DNA of 63,015 bases, the filler included, from Vannella sp. (Eukaryota): the NCBI GenBank assembly GCA_023345925.1. It is 7 parts of 7 records of this genome, joined end to end, with 100 filler letters (N's around TTAATTAATTAA, not from the genome) between each part and the next. Parts side by side here need not be neighbours in the genome. Positions count along the whole stretch, not along the records: positions 4,520 to 23,366 come from JAJQQN010000056.1; positions 23,467 to 29,335 come from JAJQQN010000703.1; 5 more parts are not named here. One strand, 5' to 3'. The position numbers and the translations under genes were made by a program. The notes below the pieces were generated by a model that had not been told where the DNA came from, did no database searches, and saw only the letters and a list, made by a program, of their open reading frames with translations. Position 1 is the first letter of the stretch; every line of letters begins with the position of its first letter. Of the stretch, positions 10,713-23,524 are shown piece after piece.

Positions 10713-12187
10713 ATGGGGGGCGCGCAGTCGACAGGCCAGGACGTCACAGGGCTCTCAGAGAAGGAGAACTACTTTGGATTTCACAATGTGAGCTTCTGCC
10801 AGCTGATGAGGGCCAAGGGGAGTGGAGCTGACGGCATCCATAGTTCGGGAACACCTGTTACCTCAATTCTGTGCTTCAGGCGTTATACTTTTGCGAGCCC
10901 TTTAGACAGGAGGTTCTCGGTTATCAGAAGCGCAAGTTGAGCGAGCCACTGCTGCCAGGGAAGGCAGAACAGGCCGCGCTCATGTTGCAGGCCCTTGCGG
11001 AGGTCTTTCAGGATATCCAAGCGCACCGCGAGCAGAATGGGGTCTATGAACCTCGAAGGTTCCTTAACATACTCCAGAAACAGAATGGTAAGACGCCCCT
11101 CGCCCTCCTCAGAGGAAGCTCCCCACCAGACCTGTCTCAACCTTCTTGTCCAGAGCTCTTCCGCGGTAACCAGCACCAGGATGCGCACGAGTTCCTCAAC
11201 TTCTTGCTCAATGAAGTAGCAGAGGGCCTTGAGAGGGAGCAGACTCTTCTGAATGGTAGGCTTTCCCTTCTTCCGGACTTGGCCACTAAAAGTCTGGGAA
11301 GAGGGCCAACCTGCTGCTGAGGGGAGCACGAAAAAGAAGACCTTCATCCATAACATCTTTGAGGGTCATCTGACCAACGAGACTCGCTGCTTGGGGTGCG
11401 AGAATGTAAGAAGAAGTGAGCCACTCTGTTTCTTCCCTGACTGTGGGATGGGAAAGATAACCAACAGGGACGAGAGCTTCTTAGATCTGAGCATAGATAT
11501 TGAGCAAAACGCGTCAGTGACTCAATGCCTTCGTAACTTCTCGAGTGTCGAAACGCTGCGAGGAAGTGACAAATTCTTTTGCGACGTTTGTCGAAGTTTA
11601 CAGGAAGCAGAGAAGCGGATGAGGTTGAAACAGGTGCCAGGGATCTTAATCGTTCATTTGAAGCGTTTCAAATACGTCGAAGTCAATCGCAGATACACTT
11701 TAGCCAAGTTGTCCCATCGGGTGGTGTTCCCTCTGGAGCTCAAGTTACCCAATACTGTTTGTAGCTCCCTTTCCATTCGCTTTTCGTTTCTGATGGTGGA
11801 CAGTCGCGAGACTGCTCTCATGTAGATAGCCTTTATGAACTGTTTGCGGTTGTTGTCCATCTTGGAAGGCGAGTTGAGAACCTTTTTTGTGGGAAGGGCA
11901 TCCATTCTGACATACTGGAATACAGCGGACCGAATCAAGGACACTATATCTGCCTAGTCAAGAGCCACGGGTGTTGGATACAGTTTGATGATGACCAATT
12001 TCGAGTGAGTTGCCAGCCCAAGTCCCAGTCCAAGTCTCAGTCCAATTCTTATCGGTTTGAACAGAAAGTGGACCCTCTCAGCATGAAAGCTTTCTTTGGG
12101 GGAGAATCAGAAGAGGCCCAAAACCGCACATGCGGCTATTTGCTTTTTTACCAAAGAGTCTCTGAAGAAGGAGAAGGAGAAGGATAG
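10713..12187 (+). CDS. Ubiquitin-specific protease, USP12/USP46 family
   Basis: Seven short introns. The spliced product gives the Cys box [32 protein letters not shown], and the His box [13 protein letters not shown]. The N-terminus MGGAQS is myristoylation-like. Confidence 0.93.
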
Positions 12188-12351
12188 CCCAGACCAGGCA
12201 CTCTCTTTCTTTATCTAAATCCAAAGCGTCTCGCAAGCCACCTTTGGAAGCCTTTACCGTCTAGCCTATGCATTATGCTTTGAAAGTTCCTTTTCCAACT
12301 TTCTTGAATCACTCAGTTGGGGTTTAGGGTTTATCTACATTTCTCCATCTA

Positions 12352-13623
12352 TCAAAGGTGCAACAAGTTGTCTGTGATAGATGGAGTTGATGCTCGCGGA
12401 GTTGTTTGGATTCCAAGAGGAGTATTGACTGTTCGTGAAGCATTCTGGCGAGGCGTGGAGATTCCCACTCCCCGGAGGCTTGAACCCTGTCGCGGAGTGC
12501 CTCCGCCATAAGAGCGGCTCAATTGATCTCCAAACGGGGACGAGCGATAGGGAGAACTAGTCCTACGAGAGAGTTGTTGCGCGGTAGAACGAAGAGAGCC
12601 GGGAAAGGGAGATTTGTCACGGCGATATTCAAGGTTCTTGGCCACGTCTTTTCGGATGGGTTTCTTGATTCTCAGGCTTTGCGAAGCTCTTTCAGTCATT
12701 TCCTGAGCAATTTTCTCACGTTTGGGTGTGGGAGGCAGCTGATAAGCGGTCCTGGGAGTTGAAGAACCCGAGATGACTTGGGGAGTGGATTGCAAAGCTC
12801 CCCACGTTGTAAAGGAAGTCCCATCCACCCCCTCGCCCGCCATTCCTGGCTGAATAATTGGGGTCGAGAGGAGGCTGTACTCTCCCCGAGGGGGTGAGAC
12901 CCGTAACTTGGCATAAGCAGCATCGTGGAGTTTGTCCAAGTCCACTTTCTGCTTTTCCTCGTGTCTGCGATGGAACAGAAGAGGCGAGTCTGAGAAGTCC
13001 GTCTTCTTCCCTCCTGTGCTGGGTATCTGAATAGAGGGAGCTTCCAAAGAGGGCATTGAGGCCTCCGGAAAGCGAGTATTTGAATGCACTATTTCCTTCG
13101 CTCCCCCGCGTAACCCGACCTGGTCTGCTTCTGTGGGAGCGATTCCGTTGGGATAATACATCAGCGCGTTCTTCGGCTGATAGCCCCATCCCAACGCGAG
13201 AGGGGCTGACGAGGGGAGTGCGGAGACTGATTCTGTCTGCTCAGCAGGGGCTTCTAGTAGAAGTTGCTGGTTCTCGTGCTGATACATCCATTTGTTCTTC
13301 TCTCGAAGCTCTTTCTCTTGCCTTTCACAGATCTCGCGGAAAGAGAAGTTGTCCTCGCTCACGTACTGTTGATGGAAAGAGTCCAGTCTAGGTAAGGCCT
13401 CGTTCACCTCCGAAGCTTTCTCTCGCATATTGTCAAAGTCTTCCTCCACCTGGCGCATGGCAGCGTAGTCGCCTTCCTGTTGGGCTTTCAAATACCTCAA
13501 ACGAAGCGTTTGCAACGGCAAAGTGGGGAAGAAGTCCCGCTTGATGATCAGATCCTTCCCTCGCAAGTAGTCCTCTTCCTCAATCACCTCTCTGGTGCTC
13601 TTCCCTTCCGCTTGTGAGCCCAT
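12352..13623 (-). CDS. ESS2: Splicing factor ESS2/DGCR14 homolog
   Basis: EEEDY...IIKRDFFP, YVSEDNFSF, KNALMYYP, TWG, YQLPPTPKRE and C-terminal SITDNLL. Confidence 0.9.
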   Translation of the reverse strand: MGSQAEGKSTREVIEEEDYLRGKDLIIKRDFFPTLPLQTLRLRYLKAQQEGDYAAMRQVEEDFDNMREKASEVNEALPRLDSFHQQYVSEDNFSFREICERQEKELREKNKWMYQHENQQLLLEAPAEQTESVSALPSSAPLALGWGYQPKNALMYYPNGIAPTEADQVGLRGGAKEIVHSNTRFPEASMPSLEAPSIQIPSTGGKKTDFSDSPLLFHRRHEEKQKVDLDKLHDAAYAKLRVSPPRGEYSLLSTPIIQPGMAGEGVDGTSFTTWGALQSTPQVISGSSTPRTAYQLPPTPKREKIAQEMTERASQSLRIKKPIRKDVAKNLEYRRDKSPFPGSLRSTAQQLSRRTSSPYRSSPFGDQLSRSYGGGTPRQGSSLRGVGISTPRQNASRTVNTPLGIQTTPRASTPSITDNLLHL

Positions 13624-13670
13624 CTCACCCACCAGCAGCCCAAAGAATGGTTGCCTACCACTCTTCTTCT

Positions 13671-13691
13671 AAACCCTAAACCCTAAACCCT
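13671..13691. repeat. (AAACCCT)3 telomere-like / telo-box repeat in a divergent promoter
   Basis: Three exact copies between the ESS2 ATG and the CH-LIM gene ATG. Confidence 0.8.
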
Positions 13692-13802
13692 TCTCCACAT
13701 ACACTCGCTTCTTCGATCAATCTTAGGCTCTTGCGGACCTTTTCATTGGTTTCAAGGTGCGCAGAGGGCTTTGAGCAAGCATTCTTTTGGGGCCCTGCCG
13801 CG

Positions 13803-15821
13803 ATGGCGGCCAAATGCTCGCTCTCTGTTCTCATTGATTGGGTGAATGGCCGCGTCTCTCACTCGCCTTACAACATCTGCGTGACGAATATGACCACGTG
13901 CTTTCATGATGGTATCGCGCTGTGCGCCCTCCTTCATTCTTACTATCCGGTAAGGAGGCGGCGAGCCTTCCTGGGTGGGTTCTTACTGCTGGAGTAGGGC
14001 GCTGTTCCATTTGGGACACTTACGGCGACATTTAAGAAGTTCAACGCAGACCTGGCCCTGCGGGAGGCAGAGAACGTCGGCATCCCCCGCACGGTCGACT
14101 CCCAAGAGCTTTGGCTCACTCGCTCGCCTGACCAGGCCAAAGTCACTGCTATGTTGACCCAGTACGATGCTCCCTCTCCCTCTGCTGTCATCCTCTCTCA
14201 CAAGAGCCCATCAGGTGGAAACGCTACTTGGATATGGAAGACGAAGAGGCGCGTACTGACCTCGAGGACAAGTGTGACTTTCTCAAAGCCAAGTTCAATG
14301 AGCAAGTCGAGCGTTCACGAGGGTACCAAGAGGCTCTCGAGCTCCTCTTGGCTTGTTTGGTGAAGGGCGGAACTCTGTTACAGTGCAAAAGGTGCGGTGA
14401 TGGGATCGAGAAGGAGCGTGATAGCAAGCGCAGTGTAGAGGGGGCGTTCTACCATGAAGAGTGCTTCCGCTGCTACAACTGCTCCGTCGATATGCCCGCC
14501 CTTGAATGGTACCAAAGCGAGATTTGGTGTCGTGCATGCCAGTCTGCCTCTGAAGAGCAACTAGGATGTGGCTCTGGGACAACAGCTGCGGCAGAGATTG
14601 AATCGAGACTGCAAGAGATCAAGGAGATCGAAGCAGTGAGGAAAGAGAAAGGGAACAATCCCTTCCGAGAGATGGAGCGGAAGCGAGAGGAAGAGCGCCA
14701 ACGGAAGCTGGAGCTCTTCAAAAAGCAGCAAAGAGAGCGAGCAGAGAAGCTGGAAGCAGAGCTGGCAGCCCAGGCAGCAGCGGCTCCTGCTTTTGAAGAA
14801 GCAGAAGCGGCTGCTCGAGCCCTCGCAGAGGCCATGCTCAGGGAGGAAGCAGAGAAGCGCCATGCAAATGACCTCCTATCACCACGAAGTGCGTCAGAAG
14901 CAGCCCGTCAATGGCAGTTAGAGACAACGGAAGAGCGCAAAAGGTCCGAAGCTCACGCCCGCGAGGAAGCCGTCCAAGCAGAAGAGGTCGATCTGGAAGG
15001 GCTGAAACAGCGCCGAGGAGCTGAATTGGAAGAGATCAAAGCCAACCGAGCAGGGCCAAACCCTTTCCGTGAGCGAGAGCGTCAACTGGAAGAAGAAAGA
15101 CGTGCTCGTGGTCGTGCTCGCCTACCACAGCTAGACCAGGGTACGTAGATGAAGGGACATCGATGTGAGATCGAGTGTGCTCACGAGGAAGGGAGCAGCG
15201 GTCATCTCGCCCACTCCAGAGAGCATACCCGCAGCCCCCGCCATCCAGATCCTGCAAGAGACGAAACGCGTCACAACCAACCCCTTTGCGGAGATGGAGA
15301 AGAAGAAGGCTCAAGAGAAGCTCCGCCGGATGAAGTCTTACGCCTCAGTCAAGTTCGCACCAGCCGAGTTGGCGAAGATCGCCGCTGATTACGATCCTGA
15401 CCATGCTTCTCCCCTCTCTCCTACTGCTCCTATGGTTTCTCCTTCTCGCAGAGCCCTGCCAACGAGCCCTACAAGCCCCGCGCCGCAAAAGCAAGAGGAA
15501 TATGACGCTGTGGCGGCTCTCCTCGCCGCTGTGGGCGACATGGAGATGCCAAGTGAAGCTCAGCTACTAGAGCAAGCTCCTACAACTACCACCGAGAGAG
15601 GCGCTCCCGTTACAACGGAAGAAGACATCGCGGACATGGAAATGGAAGCTGATCTGCTCCTTGAAGCCTCTGACATGCTCGAAGCTCAGCGTATAACCAT
15701 CCAAGAGCAGATGACACTCATCAGTGAGCAAGAGATCCTCCTAATCAAGCAAAAGGAGACGATTGGCGAGCTACAGCACGCCCTCGCCGCCCTTCAAACC
15801 AAAGGAAAGTCCGCCCGCTGA
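13803..15821 (+). CDS. CH + LIM + coiled-coil protein (MICAL-like architecture without monooxygenase)
   Basis: Type-2 CH domain (VTNMTTCFHDGIALCALLHSYYP...AENVGIP), LIM (CKRC...YHEECFRCYNC...WCRAC), three NPF motifs, C-terminal coiled coil; three introns. Confidence 0.8.
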
Positions 15822-15897
15822 GCCGCCTTTGTAATGTATCCTCGTTTCTCGCGTCCTCTCGCACGAGGGAAGAGCCATTTCTTGGTGGGAGGGAGGG

Positions 15898-18800
15898 ATG
15901 GACGCCTCTGCGCGAGCGTCCATGCCTTGGGAGGAGTTGGTTGCTGTTTGCAAGCCGCCAGAGTTCCTTTCCGCCCCGGACTTGATCCTGAAAGGTGTGC
16001 ACGTCAAGCTCCTTCACTTCTACGGCTTTGTGTTGGAACGTTCGACGAGTCCCGAGGTGAGCGCTCCCCCTCTGCCTCCTCATGGGCTTACCACTGACTT
16101 ATTGGTACAGGCAGAGGCAGGAGGTCTAGGGGAGCTGTTTCGTGTGATTGAGTACGAGAGCGCAGGGGAGTTTCAGCATCTCCTAGCTTGCTACGACCAT
16201 ACCGCCCAGTTTCACTACGCTGCTGTCCTCGAGTCCCTTCTACGATGGAGAGATGAGGTTCATGAGCAAGAGTCAGACTTTCCCTCTGCTTCCCAACTCT
16301 CAGAGGAGAAGTTTCGGGTGAGATTGCAACTTCTGCGTAGTAGGGTTTAGGGTTTAGCTGACTCTCCCGGTCAGAGCATCTCCAACTTTATCTTTGGACG
16401 CCTTGTCATTCAGCTCTTTCTCTCCATCAGCCCCAAAGCCAAAAGGGTGGAGGGAATGGACCTGTTTCTTGCCCGACGGTTAGCGAATGTTCTCTTCGAG
16501 GAGTTCGCACGCACTCCGGAAGAGGTTGTGGAGGTCAAACCTCGATCCTCGAAAGTAATGCCATCCAAGAAGAATGAAGCCAGAGATACGGATCCTTCTG
16601 TTAGTTTTCGGTGAGAAACTCGAATTCGGATTCCTTTCCGTCCTTTCCCTAAGCTCACCAATGACTTGTAGTCGCGAAGTTCTCGAGCTCTTTGCTCAAG
16701 CACTTGGTCTGTTCAGTCGTTTATGCTTCCCTGTGGTAGCAGATGCCTACTATGATCACATGCGGACAGCGGAAGAGAATATCCAAGTGAAATTGCAACT
16801 GACTCAGGCCATACGAAATGTGGCTCTTCCATTTGAAAGAGAAGAAGACATTCAGCAAGCCAAAAGCTTCATCAACTTCCTTTCTGACCAAACGGGAAAG
16901 AAAGCCAAAGTAGAAATGACCCAGCTCTTCAGCTATACTCTCGGAGAGGTTCTCATGTCCATGGTCGAACTACAAGCGGACACTCAACCATGGCACACCT
17001 CCTGGCGTGATTGGGTGAATGAGCTTTACCATTCTCACAAAAAGAGTTGGAAGAAGTTTAAAGAACCATTGGCAGCCACTGTGATGGAGATTGGTATCAT
17101 GTGTGCTGGGCAGAAGAGCCTTTTAGGACAGCAACCAATTGCCGTCTTGGATCGATTGATCAAACTCATGAAAGTGCCCGAAAAGCGGGCTGCCGCCCTT
17201 GACTGTCTCTACTTTATTGTGACAGCTCTATTCCGCAACTATGACAGCAGCGAGTTCGACATCAGCCACGAACTCATTCTGGAGAAGATCCGATTGGAGG
17301 TTTTCCATGCATTTGGCAAAAAGAGCTCAGCAGCTAACTCGAAGGACTGCTTACCAGCAATGGTTGATCTCATGCTGCTCATTTGTGCCTTTAATATTGA
17401 GTTTGGCTTTCCCCACTTTATCTTGCCGATGATGTCCACGGACCTCAGCGTGGAGCTACAATTGGTTGGCATGACAGCCTTCAACACCATCGCTGACACA
17501 ACTCATATCACCTTCGATAAGACATACGCTTTTACGCGACGAGAGCCGGCCATGCCGTTTGGTCACAACTTCCGCCGAAGCCTCCACACTCAGAGTCGTT
17601 TGGCTGAATTTGGGAATGGATGCTTTACATTGAAAGAGGCCATGCTCATGTCCTTTCAAGCTGTTTTGGGACAGGTCCTCTCTTTTGCAGATACACAAGT
17701 GGGGAACGCATTCCAACTGTCCAACACAAATCCACTGGATACCAATAAGTTGCCTTACGTTGAAGTGCTTCGCGCTGTGGTTGGTTGTATCTCTCGAATT
17801 CCCCCCACTGGGATGAGTACCGGCCAGTTACTTCGTTTCCTTATTCATAAGGCCCTTTCTCACGACCCTCGCCTCGCTAAGACCAGCAAAGAGCTTCTTC
17901 AAGCTCTGATCTGTTCGCGCCCAGCATTGAGGGCGTCCATTGCTCAAGAACTTGCTCTTTTCATTCTCGATCTTCCCAAGGAGAATACTCTTTTGTTGAG
18001 GCTTTCCTTGACACTTCTTCTGGACCTTTTAGTGGCTTGGCATGATCCACTCAACCTCAATGCCCGAGAAATCGATTTGGATTACCTCGATGACGATGCG
18101 CTGAGTCTTTCCGTGTTCCCGGCGGCTTTCTTGGAAGCCTTGGCTCTGCTACAACTTTGTAGTCCTTGTGTCCATGTCCGAAATGCCGCCTTCTCCCTGC
18201 TGGATGAAGTAGAGGCGCTTAATAGCGTTCTCAGTCCCACTGTTGCAGAAAGAGGTACTCGTGTCATCCGTGTCATCCGCGAGAACGAGACAGAAGTGCT
18301 CCAACACTATCGAGCTGAGGCAGGCGCCCAGCACTATTTTACCACACTTGAAGAAGTTGTTGTTGGTTGCTCCGAAGGTGAACAGGAAGACTGGGCTCAT
18401 TGTCTGGGCTACTTGGTCCCTCTTCTTCGCCAAGAAGATGCTCCCTCACTAGCTACTGCATACTGTTTGGCAGTGGTACGTGCTGACGAATATTCAAACG
18501 CTTTCATCAATTCAAAGAGAGAGAGGGTCCTTTCAATGAATAGCAATGTCCGGAAGGACAATCTCCTGGTACCAAAGGAAGATGATTCTTTCGACGAGCT
18601 CATCCAATGGAGGAATGTTACCCTTCTTGCTGGAGCCATTGGGAATGGCGATGGAGAGTCTCTCATAAGAGATGTGGGCTTTAAAAGCGAAATGACTGGG
18701 GCTTGGCTGCTAGACACTATTCTGCCTGGTGTGTTCAGTCCCAGTGAACGCGTGCGCAATGCTATGCAACTTTCCTTCCGATACTTCAAAGAGTCTTTAG

Positions 18801-21800
18801 CCTTCACAATTCCACGAGTGCTCCACGCCTATTTGGAAGGACTGAAGAGAAAAGGAGTCATTCATAGTCGCGAGATTGTGAGAAACGAGACTTCCCGGCT
18901 CTACCGCAATCTTACAAGCAAGTATCTTGCTTGTAGTATCTCCAACGAACCGTTTGAGGTTATTTCTTTGTCTTACATTGAAGAAACACTAGAATGGCTA
19001 ACGCAGCCTGCACAAGAGAGCCAATGGGCTCTCCAATGCCAACGATATGACTTTTTTGAGACTTGTGCCTCTTTGTTTGCCTCACTCGACCAGAAGCCGT
19101 CCTCGAAAGGCCGGATATCCGCAACTCTTGATTACTGCAGTCTCCTTCAATTCATGCTGTGCTACGCAGGCTACGGTCTCCTGTACTGGGAATACAAGCC
19201 AAAGGAGCTCAAGATGAAGGAAAACTATTTGGAGCGCTTCAAAGACCGGGATATGGCCAAAGCGGACGAACAATTCACTTCTGAGGTGCGTTCTGTCCAA
19301 AGATGGGCCAAAAAAGCTATTCCAGAACTACTTAAGATGCGGGAAGCCTTCGGAGCAGGCACATTTGAGAAGGAAGGGCCCATCTTCCTTTATGTGTCTT
19401 CTGTTTTTGAATTAGACCGAGACCAGGAGGACCAAGCGTTTGCGCGAGCTGCCTTAGTTTCTTCTCTCCGCAATAGCTTGCATTCTCAAGAGAACTCGAT
19501 GCGGTCTTGCGTCTCCTTGAGCTATCACTCCAACCCAGATATCGCGCGAAACTTTACCTTCACGGTCATTGATGCAGTGACTGGCCCTGGTGAAGTGCCG
19601 TACTCTCTGATTGCAGTGACCTGTCTGGCTTTCTATAAAATGACGGACGACGATCTTGCAGTCCGGAAGGCCGCCACAGGACTGATGCATTGGATCAGCA
19701 CGCGCTTCTACCGCACCCAACAGATTGTTCTTTATCATTTTGTGACTTCCAAGCTGTCCGAACTGTACTTTGCACAAATGCAAAAGGTAGCCCGCTGCTT
19801 TGCGGAGGTTCATGGAGATATCTTGGTTGAATTGATTCAAGAAGCCATTTCCAGAGCCTCTTTGCTCCAAGGCACTGAATTGTCGAGGGTTACCTTTCTC
19901 CTGGCGACTCTTCTGACCCAATTGCACCTCCAAACTCTCGATCATAACAGCCGGGACCAGGTACTCTGTTCATTGCTTCTCTTTAGCAAGCAATTGAGTG
20001 ATCGCCAACGCAGTCTCTTGCGAGACCTGTGGATTGCTCTCGCTGGCAGCCAAGAGAACGCACAGCTTATCACCCAACACCTCTTCGACCTCTTACTGGA
20101 GAGAGTAAGTCCCTGTTTCACTCATCTATTCCACTGTAACACTCTTCTAACCTCCCTTTAGCACAACGAGACGCTTCTGGGAATTGTCCAGACTGTCCAT
20201 CTTTACTTGGTAGAGAAGCAAGCCACTCTCATATTCGATAGACTCTCAAACGATCTCTACTCCATTGTCACAAGACCTTCCGTTTCACGAAAGCGCGGAG
20301 AAGAAGTGGAAGCACCAAAATGGGAGCAAGACTTCGAAGTAGATTTCCCTAGCACAGTGGCGCAGCTTTCCAAAGGGGACTATGCGCTTATCATGCTCAG
20401 CGAAGTCATTTTGGGAAGGGGTGACTCTTGGAAAGCTCACCTTGCCTCTTTCTTGGTCAAATCCTTGCTCGCAGCGGATCATCCCAGCCCTTTGGTGTAT
20501 GAGAGTGCCAAGATATTGCTCATCAACTTGCTCAACTCGCTAGCAGAGGGCTCACTAGAGCCTGGCTCTGCTCCTGCTCAATCCTACCGGCGGATTACCG
20601 AATTAGCATTTGATTCCCAAGACCGGCCCCTTTGGCCTCCTCTTGAAAGCGATTCCAAAGTCCTAGAAGTGATACGATCCACTCTGCAACACTGCTTTGT
20701 GGTTTTGGGCGATGAATCGGGTCAACTGCGGGCACAAGTGAGTAATGAAGCTTTGCAAGTCTCCACTCGAATCAACTTGGACAGCCACGTTATTTGCCGT
20801 TCGCTCACACTTTATCGATTTGCTGAGTTGCCCAGCTACGCGCCGGAAGACATTCATGAGTTAATGGGCGTTCTTCTGCTTCACGTGCAGATTCGTGAAT
20901 CCAGGCGGGATGTCAATACGCTGTTGGAGCTTCAAACCATCTTCCGGGCAATCATTCAAACCTGCTCCCCGACTCAGCTCATCGGAATGCCGAAGCTCTT
21001 CTGGTGTGGGGTGGCCCTTCTCCGCAGTGACATTTCACAAGAGTATCTCGGCGGTGTCAGTTTGGTCTCCTCTTACCTCGCCAAGGTGGATTTGACTGAC
21101 CCTCAAGTGCGGAATGCTCTGGGCCAGTGCTTCCCTCAAAGCTGGCAGCCTGCTTTCCCAGGACTGGCAGTCCTTGTATTGAAAGGCTTCTGCTCACGGT
21201 TCCAAGAAGAAGCATCGCGCCATCTGATGCACCAACTTATCTGCCAGCAAGCGCATGAGATTCTCGATGTCCAAGTGAATCGGGTTCATGTGGACTTTGT
21301 TGTGGCCTTACTGCCCCATCTTCTTACCTTCTTGGGTGGGGACAAAGCAGTGGAGATCTCTAAATCACTCGCTCTGGCTTTGGAGGGACAACCTCTCTCG
21401 AGTATCTTCAAAGAGTACGAATTGTACCGAACCAGTATGGAGGGACTTCGGCGCTTCCTCTTGGAAGTTGCCAGTAAGTTCGCTGCTCAGTATTTCCCTG
21501 CCTATGAGAGCTTCACCTTTACTCTGCTCGTGGGCATGCTAGAGAAAGGTCCGGACTGTCATCGCAAGACCATTCTACAAATCCTGGAAGCTCTCCTTCG
21601 GCACATTGACTTTGCTTCTTCGCATCTCTTCGAAGAGCAGTTGGCCATCTTTGCACCCGTTCTCAATTTCCTCCAAGGAGACTTATGGCCCCAAGCATTG
21701 GCTCTTCTGAAGATCATATTGGAACGTTCTGATGCCCCAGTCGCTCCCATCTTGCAACAGGATCTTCCCAGCATCCGTTCTCGCTTGCAAGCGTGCCAGG

Positions 21801-22168
21801 AGATTGCCGACCACTGGAACCAACTGGAGCGTGGCAAAGCGTTTGTCTTCAGTGCACTAGCCAAGGTCATGGACGACGGACAATCAGAAGAGATTGAAAA
21901 GTCAGAAGAACCACAATTAAAGAAGAAACGCAAATCTTCCTCCTCCAAAGGGAAGGACGCCCCTTCCAACGATACCAAACACCGCTTAAAGTCCTCCAAA
22001 TCTAACTCCAGGCGCTCCTCTCCTCCTGTTTCCAACCCCGAGGGCGTGTCACCGAGTGAGATCCCACCGAATGAGATCCCACCGAATGACGCTCCTCTCC
22101 CTCTCCCACTCGAAGAGATTCCCCACTCTCTTGGGATCGAGAGTCCGCCAGAGACCAAATTAGAGTGA
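15898..22168 (+). CDS. Furry/TAO3/Mor2 family HEAT-like scaffold
   Basis: About 2000 aa helical protein over ~5 exons. Motifs QWRN, LFWCGVALLRSDISQEY and WQPAFPGLAVLVLKG are typical of MOR2-PAG1 domains. Confidence 0.82.
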
Positions 22169-22271
22169 AAGATAAAGCAATGATAAGCCCACAAGTGAAC
22201 AGCAGAAAGGGAAAGGGAAATGTACAAGGCATGGGGATGGGACAGGATTGGCAATGAATGCCGCTTCTGGG

Positions 22272-23297
22272 TCACAGAGTGAAAGAAGATGTGAGTTGTT
22301 CTAGTGTGGAACGCGCTTGCCGTCCATTCACGGAAGATCTGGGTAAAGGTGGCCACTGACTATGCGAGACAGCCACCACGGGGTCACTGTGACAGATGGG
22401 AACTCGCTGGGCAAAGTGGGGGCGTTGTGGAGGTGCTTGGGGAAAGCCTGGTTCAAATAGCGATGGAGAAGACGTTGAGCGTCCATCCATACCGGGTGGC
22501 TCAATATATCTGGGCTCCCAATCGCCCCTTCCTGGACTAGAACGCTCTTGACTCCGCCGCAGAAAACTGGGCGAATCCGCTTGGTTCCCAGCAAAGGGGC
22601 TGTTCCCGTGATAGGATCCACTAGGAGAGGATGTAAAGCTTTCTCGGGACTCCATTCCCAGCGACTGTGGCGATCCCCGCGGTCCAAGAAGGACACCGCC
22701 TGGCATCGATGCCGCTCGAAAGTTGTGTGAATTCGCGCCTTCTTGGTGGGGGTTTGAATAGGCCCATGAGCGCCCTAACTGTCCACGGTACAATTGATCC
22801 ATTCTTAAAGCCACATCACGCGCTCCTCGTCTTGGGAGACAAGCAGCCACTTCCAAGTACGAATTGCGCAAAAGTTGTGCATTCGCGGGACTCCTTGGAG
22901 CTGAGAGGTACCCTTGTAACCTATGGAAAGCTTGATCTACTAACTGGCACTCTCCTTCTTCCCAAGGTAACGAGTTGGTCTCCTCCAGCGCGTCACTCGC
23001 ACTCGTAAGGGCGATGGAGTAGATGCCGCAGATGTTCGCGTGGAACTCCACCTCCTCTGCAGGCCTACCAATGTAGCGGGACATCTCTTCCCAGTTGTAT
23101 TCGCCTGTCCTGCAGGGTTTGTGGACTTGAAGGAAGCGGTGGTGCTGCTCGCCCGTCCAAGGAGGTCGGCGACTCCCTCCAAGCTCTCGTTCTTCGATAA
23201 AGTTGATCTCCGCCTGCCCCCATTAGTATCCTTATCACTGCTAAAGAGCCGATCGTACCAGCTGAGCCGGATCAAACGAGTACCCTCGTATCGCCAT
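22272..23297 (-). CDS. Protein with two Myb/SANT-like domains
   Basis: ATG 23297, intron 23214-23258. PWTGEQHHRFL...WEEMSRYIGRPAEEVEFHA (SHAQKYF-like Myb) and PWEEGECQLV...YLEVAACLPRRGARDVALR (second SANT-like), then a low-complexity tail. CCAATCAG lies upstream at ~23347. Confidence 0.72.
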
Positions 23298-23366
23298 CAG
23301 AACGTGGCAACGGGAACGGGCCAAACTGAAACTGACTTTTCCCTTCCCAATCAGAAATGGAAGCTT

Positions 23367-23466
23367 NNNNNNNNNNNNNNNNNNNNNNNNNNNNNNNNNN
23401 NNNNNNNNNNTTAATTAATTAANNNNNNNNNNNNNNNNNNNNNNNNNNNNNNNNNNNNNNNNNNNN
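23367..23466. other. Artificial contig spacer
   Basis: N44-TTAATTAATTAA-N44. Confidence 0.99.
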
Positions 23467-23524
23467 AACAAGGCAAGTTGTTGAAGGATGAATGAAAGCT
23501 TCATTGTTTGGTGTGGGAGGGGCG

